This document shows positions 1-13,600 of a DNA stretch of 64,000 bases, piece after piece. Every line of letters begins with the position of its first letter. Position 1 is the stretch's first letter. The stretch is from Narcine bancroftii (taxonomy: Eukaryota). A program made the position numbers and the translations under genes. The notes beneath the pieces are model-generated. The model was given only the letters and a program-made list of their open reading frames with translations. It did not search any database and had not been told where the DNA came from. The DNA is taken from contig NC_091470.1 of assembly GCF_036971445.1 (NCBI RefSeq), positions 96,472,001-96,536,000 on the forward strand, written 5' to 3'.

Positions 1-159
1 TGGCCAGTGTCACCCCCCCAGGTCAGCGCGGTCGCCGTATTTGTCAGCCATTTTGCGAGCTGGTTTGCGTCTCCGTGATCGAATATTTAGTTGGGAGTCG
101 GACTTCCTGGCTACCGCCAAGGTGACCATCACAAACTGAATTTGGTATCTGGACACTTT

Positions 160-530
160 TACCTCGCACTGCCTTGCCTGAAAGCAATGTATCCCGATCC
201 ACGAATTCTAGATCCTTTCTCATTTCCTGAAAATTGGCATTTATTTAGAATCTCAACCCAAGGCCCAGACCAATCCTTCTCCATAATTAACTTGAAACTA
301 AAGGCATTATGATCACTGGATCCAAAACATTCCCCGACACGTACTTCGGTCACCCATCCTGACTCATAGGAGATCCCATATTGCACTCTCTCTAGTTGGT
401 ACCTCTATATATTGATTAGAAAACTTTACTGAACACATTTGACCAACTCCAAGCCCTTTTACAGAATGGGAGCCCCAGCTAATATGTGGAAAATTAAAAT
501 CCCTGCAGCTGTCTTTCTTGTTCTCACAAA
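160..530 (-). mobile_element. CR1-type LINE fragment (endonuclease region)
   Basis: Minus-strand remnants DFNFPHISW..., EVPTRESAIWDLL, VGECFGSSDHNAFSFKL, typical of CR1 APE domain; frameshifted. Confidence 0.75.
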
Positions 531-829
531 TCTTCTTAATGTTGGGCACAATATTAGATGGCTGTATCCTTATACCAGGAGCAGCATTGAGCGGTTTCTG
601 TACTTCGATCCATGAGTCATAATATTGGACGCGTGCAATATTGGTAAAATACGGCCAGCGCCTTTGCACCAGAAGAATTCAGATTCTCCTTGGTTGAAAG
701 TGATGCGCAGGCCTGATGTCTACGCTGCTGACGTCAGGCCTCATGATGCCTTTTTTAATTCTTGGGGTGGAGTGTAAAGTTTACTGCTGTTCCAGAAACA
801 AATTGAATTAAGGACAGAAGAAATAAGTA

Positions 830-1725
830 AATTAAACAGGCATCAGAACAAAAGAGCAGGAGCCGGCCATCTAGCCCCTTATTACTCCCTGTCGCTCCTT
901 TCCACGTATCCCAGTTTGGGAAACCCTACTCCACAGATTTGCTCCTCCAATTTGCATTGAGTTTTGCTGAGTCTTTAACGCAGACTGGTCATACCTTTCC
1001 TGTTTCACAGTTCTGCTTGGAACCTGCTTTCTCCACCCCTCGCTCACAGCTTGACCCCACGGTCCAAAGTCGAGATCCAAAATTGTTGTCCTTTGTAGAG
1101 TTGCAATATGACCTTTCAACTTTTGAACTCAATCCCCCTATTAATGAAGCCCAGCATCCCTTAGGCCTTCTTAGCTATCCTATCAACCTACACGGCGACC
1201 TTGTATGTATGATTTTGGACCCGAAGGTTCTTCCACACTGTTAAGCATTTGACCATTAACCCTTATTCTCAGCCTTCTGGTTTGACTTTCCAAGATGCAT
1301 CACCTCACACTTATCTGGATTGAACTGCATCAGCCACTTTTCCACCCACCTCTGCATCCTGTCTCTATACTCTTGTAAACTACAACAACCTTCAGCAATA
1401 TCCACAACTCCTCCAATCTTCATACCATCTGCAAAAGTACTGACTCATCCTTCCGCCTCTTCATCTAGGTCATTTATAAAAATCACAAAGAGTAGGGATC
1501 CCAGAACAGATCCCTGCAGTACTCCACTGGTCACTGACCTCCAGCCAGAATACTTTCCGCCCACTGCCACTCTCTTCTTTCGACAGACAAGCCAATTCTG
1601 AATCCACACAGCCAAGGTTCCATGGACCCCCGCCTCATGACTTTCTGAATGAGTCTCTCATGGGGGACCTTGTCAAAAGCCTTACTAAAATCCATTTAGA
1701 CCACATCTACCGCCCTACCCTCTGC
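830..1725 (-). mobile_element. CR1-type LINE 3' fragment (RT end and 3' tail)
   Basis: Degenerate RT motifs on minus strand (LDFSKAFDKVP-like, FADG..IGG, W..QF) with CR1-like 3' tail near 830-880. Confidence 0.7.
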
Positions 1726-2544
1726 AAAGGTTAAAACCTTGTTTTTTTGATCTTAGTTAATTTTATGACTATCCCTTTAAGTAAGATTGTTGTTCATAGT
1801 GTTACCATATGATGTCATATGTCGTAATATCTGGCCGTACGGGGAGCTTGCTTTCATTCTTTGAAGAACCATGGAGGAGATGTAAGCATCGAAATACTTA
1901 GAATTCGTCTTATCTCATCATTTTATTTCATTTTAATCATCTTAATTTTGGTTTAACTTTATAAAGAAGAATATTGTTATCATTATACAGTATGCTTTAT
2001 TTACTCAAGTTATGAAACTCTCAATGCGAAGTTATGCAAAATGTTTCATCATTAAAGGGATTAATAAGATAGTAATTTGGAATATCGTTGCTTATGTTTC
2101 TATGAAGATAACATGTTTTGAAATTGGGAAATACAGGAGATTGGAAAGTGTCATCCACACCCTCATGAATTCATTTTGTTGACAATGACATTTCATTGTC
2201 ATTGACTCTTCCTCCACAGACACTCTCTGGCCTGCTGAGCATTTCCAGCACCGTATGCTTTTGTATTCGATCTCCAGCGTCGGCAATTTTTCACCCACAC
2301 CCGTAATAGTTGCGGCCTTATTGTGCTCTGGCCATAGGTATAAATGGAGATTAGATGCAGATACTGGAATTTTTATGTCATAATTCACCAACATTGCATG
2401 ATGGATTGCATTGCCATCCGTACAAAAGGTGCCCGTCCACTAGTTCAGAATGGTTAGTTTGGGATGTGAGTCAGTCTCGACACACATTTTGTTCCTGAAA
2501 CTCATTCCTGATGATTCACAACTTTGTGGATGGTGGTGGCCAGT

Positions 2545-2970
2545 GTCTCCCAGTAGCGCTGTTAGCAGAGGACGGCCACAGACTCCCAGGAGCGCTGTTG
2601 GCGGAGGACGGCCACAGACTCCCAGGAGCGCTGTTAGCGGAGAACGGCCACAGACTCCCAGTAGCGCTGTTGACGGAGGACGGCCACAGACTCCCAGGAG
2701 CGCTGTTGGCGGAGGACGGCCACAGACTCCCAGGAGCGCTGTTGGCGGAGGACGGCCACAGACTCCCAGGAGCGCTGTTAGCGGAGGACGGCCACAGACT
2801 CCCAGGAGCGCTGTTGGCGGAGGACAGCCACTGACTCCCAGCGGCACTGTTTGCCGAATACTGCCGGAGACGCTGTTTGTGGAGAGCATCCATTTACTCC
2901 CAGAGACGCTGTTGACGGCGGGCATTCATTTACTGTCTCCTGGTGGCGGTGTCGTCGGAGGTCGACCACT
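2545..2970. repeat. GC-rich 36-bp minisatellite (~8 near-perfect plus ~3 degenerate units)
   Basis: Unit gactcccaggagcgctgttggcggaggacggccaca starting at 2581, 2617, 2653, 2689, 2725, 2761, 2797; explains the repetitive ORFs in the track. Confidence 0.95.
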
Positions 2971-3082
2971 CTCCATGGGTCCACGGAGCCCGGGCGATGA
3001 TTGCTCTGGACGCTGCGCTGCGTTGACTGGGCCCGAGGCCTGACGAGGCTGGGCGTTCTTCCAGGCCCAGCCGGACATCCCA

Positions 3083-3297
3083 ATGTGCTGCCGCGGCAGC
3101 GACCGGGACCTGCAGAGTTCGGCCCGCCGGATGGGCGCCTCGCTCCTCCTGCAGCTGTCGGCCCACGAGCGGGAGCTCGACCTGGTCTTCCAGGACCACA
3201 ACTATGCCAAGCCGTGGAGCGCCCACCCCGAGGCCAGCGGTTTCCGGCCGGCCCGCCTGCTCTTCGTCACCCCGCGAAGGCACCACGACCTCGGCAG
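3083..3297 (+). CDS. KANSL3: KAT8 regulatory NSL complex subunit 3, coding exon 1
   Basis: [52 protein letters not shown] matches KANSL3 N-terminus; acceptor ttccag at 3064, donor ag|gtgagg. Confidence 0.95.
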
Positions 3298-3439
3298 GTG
3301 AGGGGACATATCCCCGGCTGCCCAGAGAGAGGCACCCACCCCAGTGGATCCTCCTTCCCCCCCCCCCTCCCCTCCCCTCCCTCCAGTGTTTACTGCAATC
3401 TGTTTCACTTTAAGCACATCTATGGACTAAACTGTGAAC

Positions 3440-4050
3440 AAACTGAGCAAATGCAGATGTCCAGTCTCTCTGATGTAGAAGAGACCGCAATGGGAGCACT
3501 GGATGGAGTAGGCAAGCCCTGCAAATTCATGTGAAATGTGGCTTCACCTGGAAGGATTGTTTGGGGCCCCGAATGGTGGTGAGGGAGGAGGTGTGGGCAC
3601 AAGTGGAGCATCTCCTGCAGTCACAGGGGTATGTGCCAAGAGGGTGGTGAATGGGAGGGAAGGAGTGGATGAGTGTTACAGTGGGAGTGGTTGCTGCAGA
3701 AAGGAGAGGGGTGAAGAGGGGAATATGTGGGTAGTGGTGGGATCACATGGTAGATGGCGAAAATGGCAGAGGAGGATGTGTTGGATGCAGAGGCTGGTGG
3801 GGTGGTAGGTGAGAACAAGGGAATCCAGTCCTTGTTGCACGTGTGGGTGGAGTGGTCCAGGGCAGATGTGTAGGTCATGGAGGATATGGATTGATGGTGG
3901 TAAGGGGAAGCCACGTTGATTTGAAGGCGGACATTTGGCACGGAAGTCTTCGTCCTCAGTGTAGATGCGACGGACATGGAGGAATTGAGAGAAAGGAATG
4001 GAGTCCTTCAAGAGGTCTGTGCAGCACATGTTCACAAAGGGGGCCATGTG
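3440..4050 (-). mobile_element. Penelope-like element fragment
   Basis: Minus-strand PLVLTYHP...PKQSFQVK...YIRETG remnants; homologous to the 17830-18565 copy. Confidence 0.7.
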
Positions 4051-4284
4051 ACCAGGGGAGATTAGACTATGCTCAGAATTTAAAAAGTGATTTTTCTAAA
4101 ATCTGGGGTTTGTGGTTATTTTTTTCAGGTGGAATCCAAAGCACAGGAAGTTGTGATGAACATGTCCCAGCACAGACGAGTTGGGTTGAGGTCAGAGGTA
4201 TAGCCAGGTTCTAATGTTAGGGGGAGCAAGCACATAAAAAAGGCAGCATGATTACCCCTGTTCTGCAACAAGCGCACAAAATAT

Positions 4285-5480
4285 TAAACAAAGATCTGGA
4301 CCCACTGCAATTCGCCTGTTGTCACAATCGCTCGACAGCAGATGCAATATCGCTGGCTCTCCACTCAGCTCTGGATCACCTCTAAAACAGCAACTCATAC
4401 ATACGGCTGCTCGTCATAGGCTACAGTTTGGCCTTCAGCACCATTATTCCCTCAGTGCTGGTGGAAAAAGCTACACACTCTGGGCCTCTGTACCCCTCTC
4501 TGCATCTGGATCCTTGACTTTCTCATCAGAAGACCACAGTCAGTATGAATTGGAAACAACGTCTCCTCCTCACTGATCATCAATACAGGCACACCCCAAA
4601 GATGCCAATTGCTCTACTCATTACACATTCCACACAGTGTGGCCAGGCACAATTCCAATGCCATCTACATGTTTACCAATGACACCACAGTTGTCGGCAG
4701 AATCACAAATGGCAATGAGGAAGGGAGATAGATCAGCTCATTGAATGGTTGTTGAATCACAACAACCTTGCTCTCAACATCAGCAAAACCAAGGAGACGA
4801 TTGTGGATTTCAGGAAGGAGTCAGGGGAACACGACCTAGGGCTCAGTAATAGAGAGGGTCAAGAACTTCAAATTCCTGGGTGTCAACAACTACAAAGATC
4901 TGTCCTGGATCCTCCACATTAATACAATTGCAAAGAAGGCTCACCAATGGCTGTACTTTGCGAGGTGTCTGAGGAAGTTTGGTATGTCACTGAAGATTCT
5001 CGTAAACTTCTACAGGTGTACTGTGGAGAGACTTCTGGCTGGTTGCATCACTGCTTGGTATGGGGACGCCAACTCTCAGGACAAGAATAAACTCCAAAGG
5101 GTTGTTAACTCTGCCGCGACATCACAAGCACCAGGCCTCACTCCATCGAGGACATCAACATGAGGCGGTGTTTTTAAAAAGCAAGTGTCTTTCCTCAAAG
5201 ACCCCCCACACCCAGGCCATGCCCTCTTCACTCTGCTACCATCGGAGGAAAAGGTACGGGAGCCTAAAAATGAGCACTCTACAGCACAAGGACAGCTTCT
5301 TCCCCGCAGCCATCAGATTCCTGAATAATCAATGAACCAAAGACGCTGCCTTACTTTTCATGAACTATTATTTTTATAGTAATGTAAGATGGTTATAATA
5401 TGAATATTTGCTCTATGACGCTGCCGAAAAACACCAAATTTCATGACTTGTTCATGACAATAAATTCTGATTCTGAGTTA
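4285..5480 (+). mobile_element. Rex1/Babar LINE, 5'-truncated
   Basis: LDPLQFA..NRSTADAISLALHSALDHL, DDTTVVG-like, KFLGV and DSFFPAAIRFLN motifs; tail atgacaataaattctgattctga. Confidence 0.85.
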
Positions 5481-6015
5481 CCTAAAATACTGTAGTTCAA
5501 AGAACAATAAAATTGTAACTAAAAAATGTTACTTTGGGGTCTTAGTGAGGCTGTCACTGAGACTCGCTGGAGCTTGTCCTTGGCACAGCCAGATGACACC
5601 GATGCCTCACATTCCGTTTCATTTTGTGGAGAGAGCTGCATCTCAGTGTGTGGAGCCCACTTAGTTACAGGCGTCTTCTTAATATGTTAATTGTTCAGAA
5701 AATATATTTTCCACAGCACAGAACACAAATGTAGTTCACCAGGACTTGCTCTCATAAAGCACTGAGACAAGTTGACCACAGCATCTAAATATGCCAGACA
5801 CACACAAAGGTAAACCCATCAACAGGAAGACTCGAAAACTAAGAGATGCAAATGACTGCTTGAATTGGAAAGCTACCAGGTCGTTGCAACCTTTAATGGG
5901 AAAATGGTCCTCTCTGCACTAAAATGGTTGCCTTTGGCATTTCTACCGTTTTCTGCTTTGTGTTGAAGCCCATTTGATCCTGGAACACACCCAAGATATT
6001 TTGTATTTTTTTCAG

Positions 6016-6186
6016 TGATTGCGAGGTGTCTGTGGATGTGGAGACGGTGGTTCCAACACCAACCCCCCTTTACGATAACCAGAAGGCTCGGAGTGTGATG
6101 AACGAATGTGAACGGCATGTTATCTTCGCGAGGTCAGACACTGATGCTCCTCTACCACCTGATGACTGGGAGGACCACATCAACAG
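6016..6186 (+). CDS. KANSL3: KANSL3 coding exon 2
   Basis: [35 protein letters not shown]...WEDHIN; ttcag| and |gtggga; phase 2/2. Confidence 0.95.
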
Positions 6187-6799
6187 GTGGGAGCCCTGTG
6201 TGGTAGTAGCCTCTGCATGGCGGTTTTTGTCAATAATCTTGGTGTCATGAGATTGAGGTTTAACTTCATAATTTGGTGCAGTGAGATTCGCTTCCAACTT
6301 TGGATAATTTCGTGCGGTGAGTTTGTGTGTTGGTTGAGGCAGAGTGATAGATTGTGGGAGGTCACATCACATGCACGGCAACACAAGTGGTTTGTTCACC
6401 GCCTCCCATTGTAGGCACTGGTAGAAACAAAATCAGAAACTGATGGAATATCCAAGGGCTGGAATGCAGTAATTAGTAATGGTTACACGACCCCATTCAG
6501 TCCCCACTTGGAGCACACAATACAGCTGTGAGTTCTACATTGCAGGAAAGATGGATTAGCCTGGAAAGGGCACGATGCAGATTGACCAGTCCGGGATCAG
6601 CCTGAAAGGAGTTCTCATTTTCCCAATTTTGTTGAGAAGCCATTGATCTGAATCATGTGCTCTGTTTCTCTCCCCACGGATGCTCCTTGACCTGGTTATT
6701 TCCAGCATATTTCTGATTTGGATTTTTCCAATAAATTATATAAATGATTTGCATGGGTTAAAATGGTGGTAAAGTTAGGGTGTTCAGCTAATTGGAGAT

Positions 6800-7460
6800 A
6801 ACATAAGAAATAGGAGCAGGAGTTGGCCATTTGGCCTGTCGAGCCTGCTCCACCATTCAATGAGATCATGGCTGATCTGATGATTGGCTCATCTCAACCT
6901 CTTTTCTCCATAATCCCTTAATTCCCTGACTGCAATTTTTAAAAATAATTTTTTATTTAGCACTTCACCTTGAACCACGTCTGTAACAATATATAGATAT
7001 TATATATAAATATTCAGTATAAATATATTCACAGTGACATTTTCATTTTCCCCCCTTCTCCCCACCCCTAAAAGCAGGAAATAAAAGAAGGAAAAAGTAG
7101 TAAATAAACGATGAAATCTGTCCAACTTTGTCTTAAATCTATTTACTGAGGTCGTCTCCACTATTTCAATGGGCAGTGAATTCAACAGATTTACCATCCT
7201 CTGGGAAAAGCAGCTCCTCCTCATCTCTGTCCTAAGTTTGCTACCCTGAATCTTGAGGCTATGTCCCGTAGTTCTAGTCTCCCCCACCAAAGGAATTAAC
7301 TTACCTACCTCAATCTTATCTCTGCCTTTCATAATTTTATGTTTCTATAAGATGCCCTCTCATTCTTCTAAATTCCAGCAAGTACAGTCCAAGACGACTT
7401 GATCTCACCTTATAGGCCAACCCTTTTATCCCTGGAATCAACCTGGTGAACTTCCTCTAA
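6800..7460 (-). mobile_element. CR1 3' fragment interrupted by a short AT-rich insert (~6940-7110)
   Basis: TRTTGHSLKI...RRSCFSQRMVNLLNSLP CR1 C-terminus; tail acataagaaataggagcaggag. Confidence 0.75.
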
Positions 7461-7850
7461 GATGCACGTAGAAAAATAGTTTCCTTTGGTATGTTGAGTC
7501 CAAAATCAGGGTTCCTTACAACTGGGGCTAAGTGATGTCGGGAAGCACTGATTCATCCAAAGGGGTTTGGATAGCTAGCAAGTAAGACTGAAATCTAACT
7601 TTGATTGGTTTTCTGGATCAGAGTGGTAAGAATTTCAAAACCAATTTGGAGATGAAGCTGTGGATCAGCCATAATGTAAGTGAATGGTGGAACGGGCACA
7701 AAGGGTTGAATGGCATCCTCTCTGTTCTTGTGTTTCTCCCTGTCTTCTGCTGCGCTGATGTCTGGGCTCAGAATCTGCCTTGACTCCTACCCCCTTGTCC
7801 CTCTATCACTGTCCACTCCTGCTCATGATGGAAATTATCCTCCCCTCTAG

Positions 7851-7941
7851 GTTGGGATGGACCTCTGCTCAGAACAAGCTGTTCAACAAAATTGTGAAGG
7901 CATTATACTCAGACCGGTTGGCAAGACTGGCCAATGAGGGG
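7851..7941 (+). CDS. KANSL3: KANSL3 coding exon 3
   Basis: LGWTSAQNKLFNKIVKALYSDRLARLANEG; ctctag| and |gtgagt. Confidence 0.95.
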
Positions 7942-8039
7942 GTGAGTGGTGACCGTGAATTGAGACCAGGCTTTTAATTCTCAAATGAATGAATGGTGCA
8001 GATTGACCATAGTTGGAAAGCTAGCTGCCTGGGATAGTC

Positions 8040-8550
8040 AAGTTTATTGTCATCTGATTGTACCTACAGGCAGACGCACAACCAGACATAACACACATAC
8101 ATATACATATGCAGGACAAATAATCATATATACAAATAAATAAATATTGTTTCGTGAATATGAGAGTCGGGGTGGTCAGTGTGAGCCGTTCCTTCGGTGG
8201 TTCAGCGTCCTCACTGCCTGTGGGAAGAAGCTGCTCCTCAGCCTGATGGTGCTGGCTCTGATCCTCCTGGATCTTTTCCCCGATGGGAGCAACTGAAAGA
8301 TGCTGTGTGCGGGGTGGAAGGGGGTCCTCAGTGATTTTGCGCGCCCTCTTCAGACATTGATTCCAGTAGATGGTGTAAATTGGGGGGAGGGAGACTCCAA
8401 TGATCTTATGTTCCTATGGATCCATTTCTTTACAGCAACTGTACCACATTTTGATGGAGGCAGCCAGGGCGTTCTCGATAGCGCTCCGGTAGAAGGTTAA
8501 CATAATGGTGGCCAGTAGCCTTGTTTGCTGATGCACCTTCCTGACTGAGC
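8040..8550 (-). mobile_element. Rex1/Babar 3' fragment
   Basis: Begins tttattgtc (reverse of gacaataaa tail); gggaagaagctg...gtgctggctctgatcctcct block shared with other copies. Confidence 0.7.
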
Positions 8551-8589
8551 CAGGGCTGTAGTGCCCAACTGATGGCTGATCTACCACTT

Positions 8590-10630
8590 AACTCATTGCT
8601 AGGTAGGGTGCTACGGATGAATCAAAAGATCCGCAAAGACCAGATCTGTGACATTTAGGGCTGGGAGATTCCAAAGCATGCAGAAGGTCCACATGCAACC
8701 TGTGGAAGGCCAACACAAAGAGATAATGCCGGACAATGCTGGAGACGCTCGACAACTATGGCAGGGCTTGCAAACCATCACATCCAATAAAGCAAAACAA
8801 GGCTGTATCATCAGTTATGATACATCACTTGCAGATGAGCTGAATGTCTTCTCTGCTCACTTTGAAAGAGAAAACTAATCAGGAATCCTTGTGACTAGTA
8901 GCACTACCATCTACTTTCATGAAATGCTTTGAGAATTTGGTTCAAGCAAATTAACCCCTGTCTCAGGAAGAACTGGGATCCACTTCAGTTCCCTTATTAT
9001 CACAGCAGGTGAAAGCAGATGCCATCTTCCTGGCTGTCCACTTTGTGTTGGATCACCCAAATCACAGGGATACCTACCTGAGGCTGTTGTTCATTTACTA
9101 CAGCTCGGCATTCAACACCCATCATATCAGCAAAACTCATGCCAAGCCAAGGGACCTGGGGCTCTGTCCATCCCTCTGCCACTGCATCCTTGACTTCCTC
9201 ATAGCGCACCCCAATCAGTGCAGATTGGCCCCACCACCCCCTCTGACTACATGACAGCATTTTTTATAAAAAGGTTTGGTTTCTGAAAATAAAAGGCAAC
9301 TATGATAGTCAACTTCAAGCTGAATGGAAAGATAATTTTAGATTTGCTGTGTCACCTAGGAAGTTGGAGAAACATTAAATGAACTTTTATTAAATTTACC
9401 ATGTTTAATCGCATAATGATGCTGACACATTGCGTTAGTTCAACTGACTGAAAAATGTTTTGCCGCTGATTTTCATTTGTACTCTGCATCTGATGCCTCT
9501 TGTGTCAGTGTCCAACAGTAGTTGGCCAGCATTGATGGACTCCAATTGTCTTGATACCACTTTTTCATGACCTGGTGAAACTGTTCGTCACAGACTGTAC
9601 CAGGATCAGCAGGGAAAAAGTCCAAGGGCAAATGCAGTAAATGAATTTTGAATAATATGTTGCACTGCATGGTTTGGTATGCTTGAAGTAGATTTAAAAT
9701 ATGATAGGAAATCACAAAAATAGGTTGTATCTAAAAAGCAGTACATGATAGGAAAAATTTAAGGTGATTTTAATGATCAGCAACTCAAATTCCTTAAAAT
9801 ACACTCAAAGGAGTTCAGGAAACAAAATCTTCAATGCCCAGTGCCATCAACACTGGGCACCCCAAGGCTGTATGCTGAGCCCCTGCTCTATTCCCCGTAC
9901 ACCCCTGACACCACAGCCACTGACAACTCCATCGTTGTTTGTCGCATAACTGGAAATGGGGTCAGAACATAAGACAGAGATTGAGAACCTGGTCGGGTAG
10001 TACTAGTCAGGGCAACGATCTTGCTCTCAGCGTCACCAAAACCAATTGGTGATTTTAGGAAGGAGAGGCTGAGATATCTGCATTGGTGAAACTGAGGTGG
10101 AGAGGGTCAGATTCCTCAAGTTCCTGGGAGGGCATATTGCAGAAGACCTCTCCTGGAGCCAGCACAAGGTAACTGTGAAGAAATAGCACAAATAGCTCTG
10201 CCTTCTAAAGAGACTGAGTCTATTTGGCATGTCAGCAGATACACTTATAGAGATACAATGTGGAAAGTATACTGACTGGTTTGCCAATTCAGGTACCCAG
10301 GAATGCAGAAGGCTGTGGAAGATATTAAACACAGCCAGGTCCATCACAGGCTCTGACCTCTCTTTCATTGCAGACATCTGTGTAAGGTGATGCCTCAAGA
10401 AAACTGCCAACGTCATAAAGGGCCCCAACACCCTGGTCACAACCTCTTCACTGTTACCTTCGGGCAGAAGGCCCAGAGGCTTGAAAACCAGTGCCTCTCA
10501 TTTCAAGAACAGTTTCTTTCTAACATCTTGAACCTTGTCCTATTACAGCACAAAAGGGCTGTCTGCATTATTGCAAATCATTGTTTCTGCATGAGGATTA
10601 CTGTGAATATTTATTATTTATTGAGTATTA
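8590..10630 (+). mobile_element. Degenerate Rex1/Babar LINE interrupted by a DNA transposon (9249-9843); its 3' UTR appears to resume at ~16525-16752 after the L1 insertion
   Basis: ARQLWQGLQTIT, LADELNVF, YLRLLFIYYSSAFNT, PQGCMLSP motifs; tail tgacaataaa at ~16741. Confidence 0.75.
9249..9843 (-). mobile_element. Internally deleted DNA transposon, probably Chapaev3 (CMC)
   Basis: KIHLLHLPLDFFPADPGTVCDEQFHQVMKKWYQDNWSPSMLANYCWTL transposase C-terminus; CACTG terminus at right end; second copy at 20815-21383. Confidence 0.55.
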
Positions 10631-10634
10631 TTCT

Positions 10635-13600
10635 CTTTCAATTTTATTCAATTAGTTTGCTATTAGTTTTTCTTCACAAGTACAGTAGAATCCCCATTGC
10701 AGGTAGACCCCGACATGATGGGGTTTGGTTTTGTGATTCGCAATGTGAGTAGGGGGTCTACCTGGTGCCTCTCCTGCCAAGAGGCCGACCCAACATCCCT
10801 GATCCTGCTGGGACTTTCCGGCGGGAGTGGGGACATCAGCCTCCCGGCGGCAATGGGAGGACAACGTCCCCGCTCCTGCCAGGGAGACCAAGATGGTGCC
10901 TAGTAACTAAGGGCAGCGGCATCACTTCACAACACCCTGTGATTTGGAATGTATGCGCAGATTGCCGTTGCTCTCTTCCCCCCCCCCCCCCCCCCCCCCT
11001 GTTGATCTCTCCTCCCTTGCCGATCTCTCCCCCCTCCGCCAATCTATAGTCAAGCTCCCATGAAATTCAAATATGGCTAAATTTTTTTGAAGATGTCATT
11101 TTTTTTCCTTAAATTATAAGTGATTTTCTCCAGGCGAACACAGCTTTGCATTTCCATGTTCCAGCACGTGATGCTCAGGTAGAAATCAGATTTCTAGGTA
11201 ACCGCTATGCAAACATCACAAGATGAATTTGGACAGCTTCATTGTAAGTTGTGTCCATAATGTTTCCCCAACAGGAACAACTCAGGATCCTGTGGGAATT
11301 CTTTACCTGTGATTTTCCCTCAGGCTTGACCTAGTTCCACCCAAAAGTGTCTCACCTTTGTCCATGTCCTGGTTGCTTGCACAAAGATTCCTGTCTCGAC
11401 GCTGTATCTAAATAATTGCTTTGATAATTCTGATTGAGATCTGTACTATTTTTGCGGTGTCAGCTACAGCTGGTGCAGAAAATGATATGGCTTCAGCCTG
11501 TACTGCACATTGATGGTTGTAGTCATGCTGGTCTGACGTAGGTCGGACCAGTACCTCTCATCAATCACTATTCCTGAGTCTGACTCCCACCTCTGTCTCG
11601 ATTAATGAAGGCCCGGTTTGGGTCCTTCTGACTGGAGCAAGAAATACACCAAATCACGGTCTCCCTTTTGCTGCATTTTGGTGGGGCCATGCTTCCACCT
11701 AATTTGTCGTGTTAGAAAGATCTTATTTGAACATAGCAGTGGAATGTCTTGTTTAATAAACCATACTTTTGTCTGAGTTGTTCGAATTACATAAATTGCC
11801 TCTGTTCGTAACAGTCCTCTGTGCACCTGACAGGTGTCCAGGATCTTGTTACCTACCATTAAAGGTATTAATCTATCCGGAGTCGGGGGAGTTTTTGGGG
11901 ACAGCTCTACTTTGATACCTAAATATTGGTTAATTTTATTCCAAATACCAATGACTTGTTTTAAAATAGGGCTGGCTGCTTTTCCAAATAATTTGACGTC
12001 TTATTTATAAACAAAGTCCTCTGCCACCTTCTCCCCCACCATAAGCAAGCCAATTTGTGCCCAGGATGGTACATTCACCACCACCACCCCCCGCCCCTCC
12101 AAAAGAGTGAGGCGGTACTATTTCTTAAAGTCTGGCAATTGTAAACCGCCCAGACTGTAATTCCAGACCAATTTTTCTATAGAGACCCTGGCCACCTTTC
12201 CATTCCATAGGAAAATTCTTACCCATGAGATTAGATTTTGAAGGATCCCCAGGGCAACGCCATGGACAGTGTCTGAAAGAAGTACTGAAACCTCGGCAAC
12301 ACATTCATTTTAATACAATTGACCCTGCCTGCCACGGTTATGGAGAGGGACATGCACCTATTTAAGTCTTCCTCAATCCTCACCAGCAAGGGTGTATAGT
12401 TCAACCTGTATAAATATTTGTTGTTATCTATTCTCATTTCTAAATATTTGATCCCATTTTGTGGCCACTTTAAATAACCACTTTGCTGACATTGACTGTA
12501 GTCCCCTTTGGTGAGTGGTAAAATTTCACTCTTGTTCCAATTAACCTTGTAGCCAGAGATCTCCCCATAGTTGTCCAGCATAGAGCACAGCTTAGACAAT
12601 GTTTACTGGGTCTGTCAGATATATCAGTACATCATCTGCAAGAAATTGATTTTATGTTCTTCCTGTCCTGCTCCAAAACCTTCAACGTCTAATAGCTTCA
12701 GCTAATGGCTCCATGGCCAATATGAACAGGGCTAGAGACAGTGGGCATCCTTGTTTACTGGATCTTGTCAGTGGGAATGGTGAACAGCTTTGTACGTTGG
12801 TCACAACTTTAGCCTTGGGCGCATGGTACAGCGCCCTTATCCAATTTATGAAAGTTGGCCATATCCCAATATTTTCCAGCACTTTGAATAGAAAATCCCA
12901 CTCCATTTTATCAAATGCCTTTTCTGCATCCAGGGCCACAGCCAGACCCCTCTCATTCCTGGTTTGTGCCAGATACATTCTACTCAACAGTCTGCCAATA
13001 TTGTCTGTTGTCTGTCTGTTTTGCACAAAGCCTGTCTGGTCTTTGTTTATCAGTTTTGACAAATAACTAGACAATCTATTCACCAGAGCTTTGGCAAGTA
13101 TCTTATAATCTGTACTTAACAGTGAAATAGGTCTATAGGAAGACGGCAATAATGGATATTTGTCATTTTTTAGTATCGCCATAATGATTGCTGTTGAGAA
13201 AGATTCTGGGAGGGTATGGGTCTCCATTGCCTGATCCACCACCTCCATATAGAAGGGTATCAGTAAATCCTTGAATTCCTTATAGAACTCAGATGGAAAC
13301 CCATCCTCCCCTGGAAACTTGTTAGTCTGCAGCATATTCAATGCTTTCACTATCTTTTCCTCTGTGAAAGGAAGATCTAGGCTACCCTGTTCTCTGGATC
13401 CAAATTTGGAAGCACTAATTTGGACAGGAACCCATTAATTTTATCAGACCCCCCCCCCATTAGTTCTGATTTGTATAAACCCTCATAAAATTCCTGAAGG
13501 TCTTGTTAATCTTTGGTTTGTATGTGGTCCTGCCCTTCCCATTTTGTATTGCATTGATCATCCTTGAGGCCAGTTCTGCCCTCAACTGCCAAGAGGATTT

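Noticed and set aside
1-80. Possible end of a non-coding KANSL3 first exon (cag|gtcagc, YY1 motif gccatttt)
   Set aside because: Plausible, but truncated at the window edge and not supportable from this sequence
700-760. 12-bp hairpin with CRE (TGACGTCA) and following T-run, possible snoRNA or Pol III unit
   Set aside because: No proper C/D or H/ACA boxes; too short to support a call
2440-3043. Long repetitive ORFs on both strands (107-197 aa)
   Set aside because: By-products of the 36-bp minisatellite; no recognisable protein
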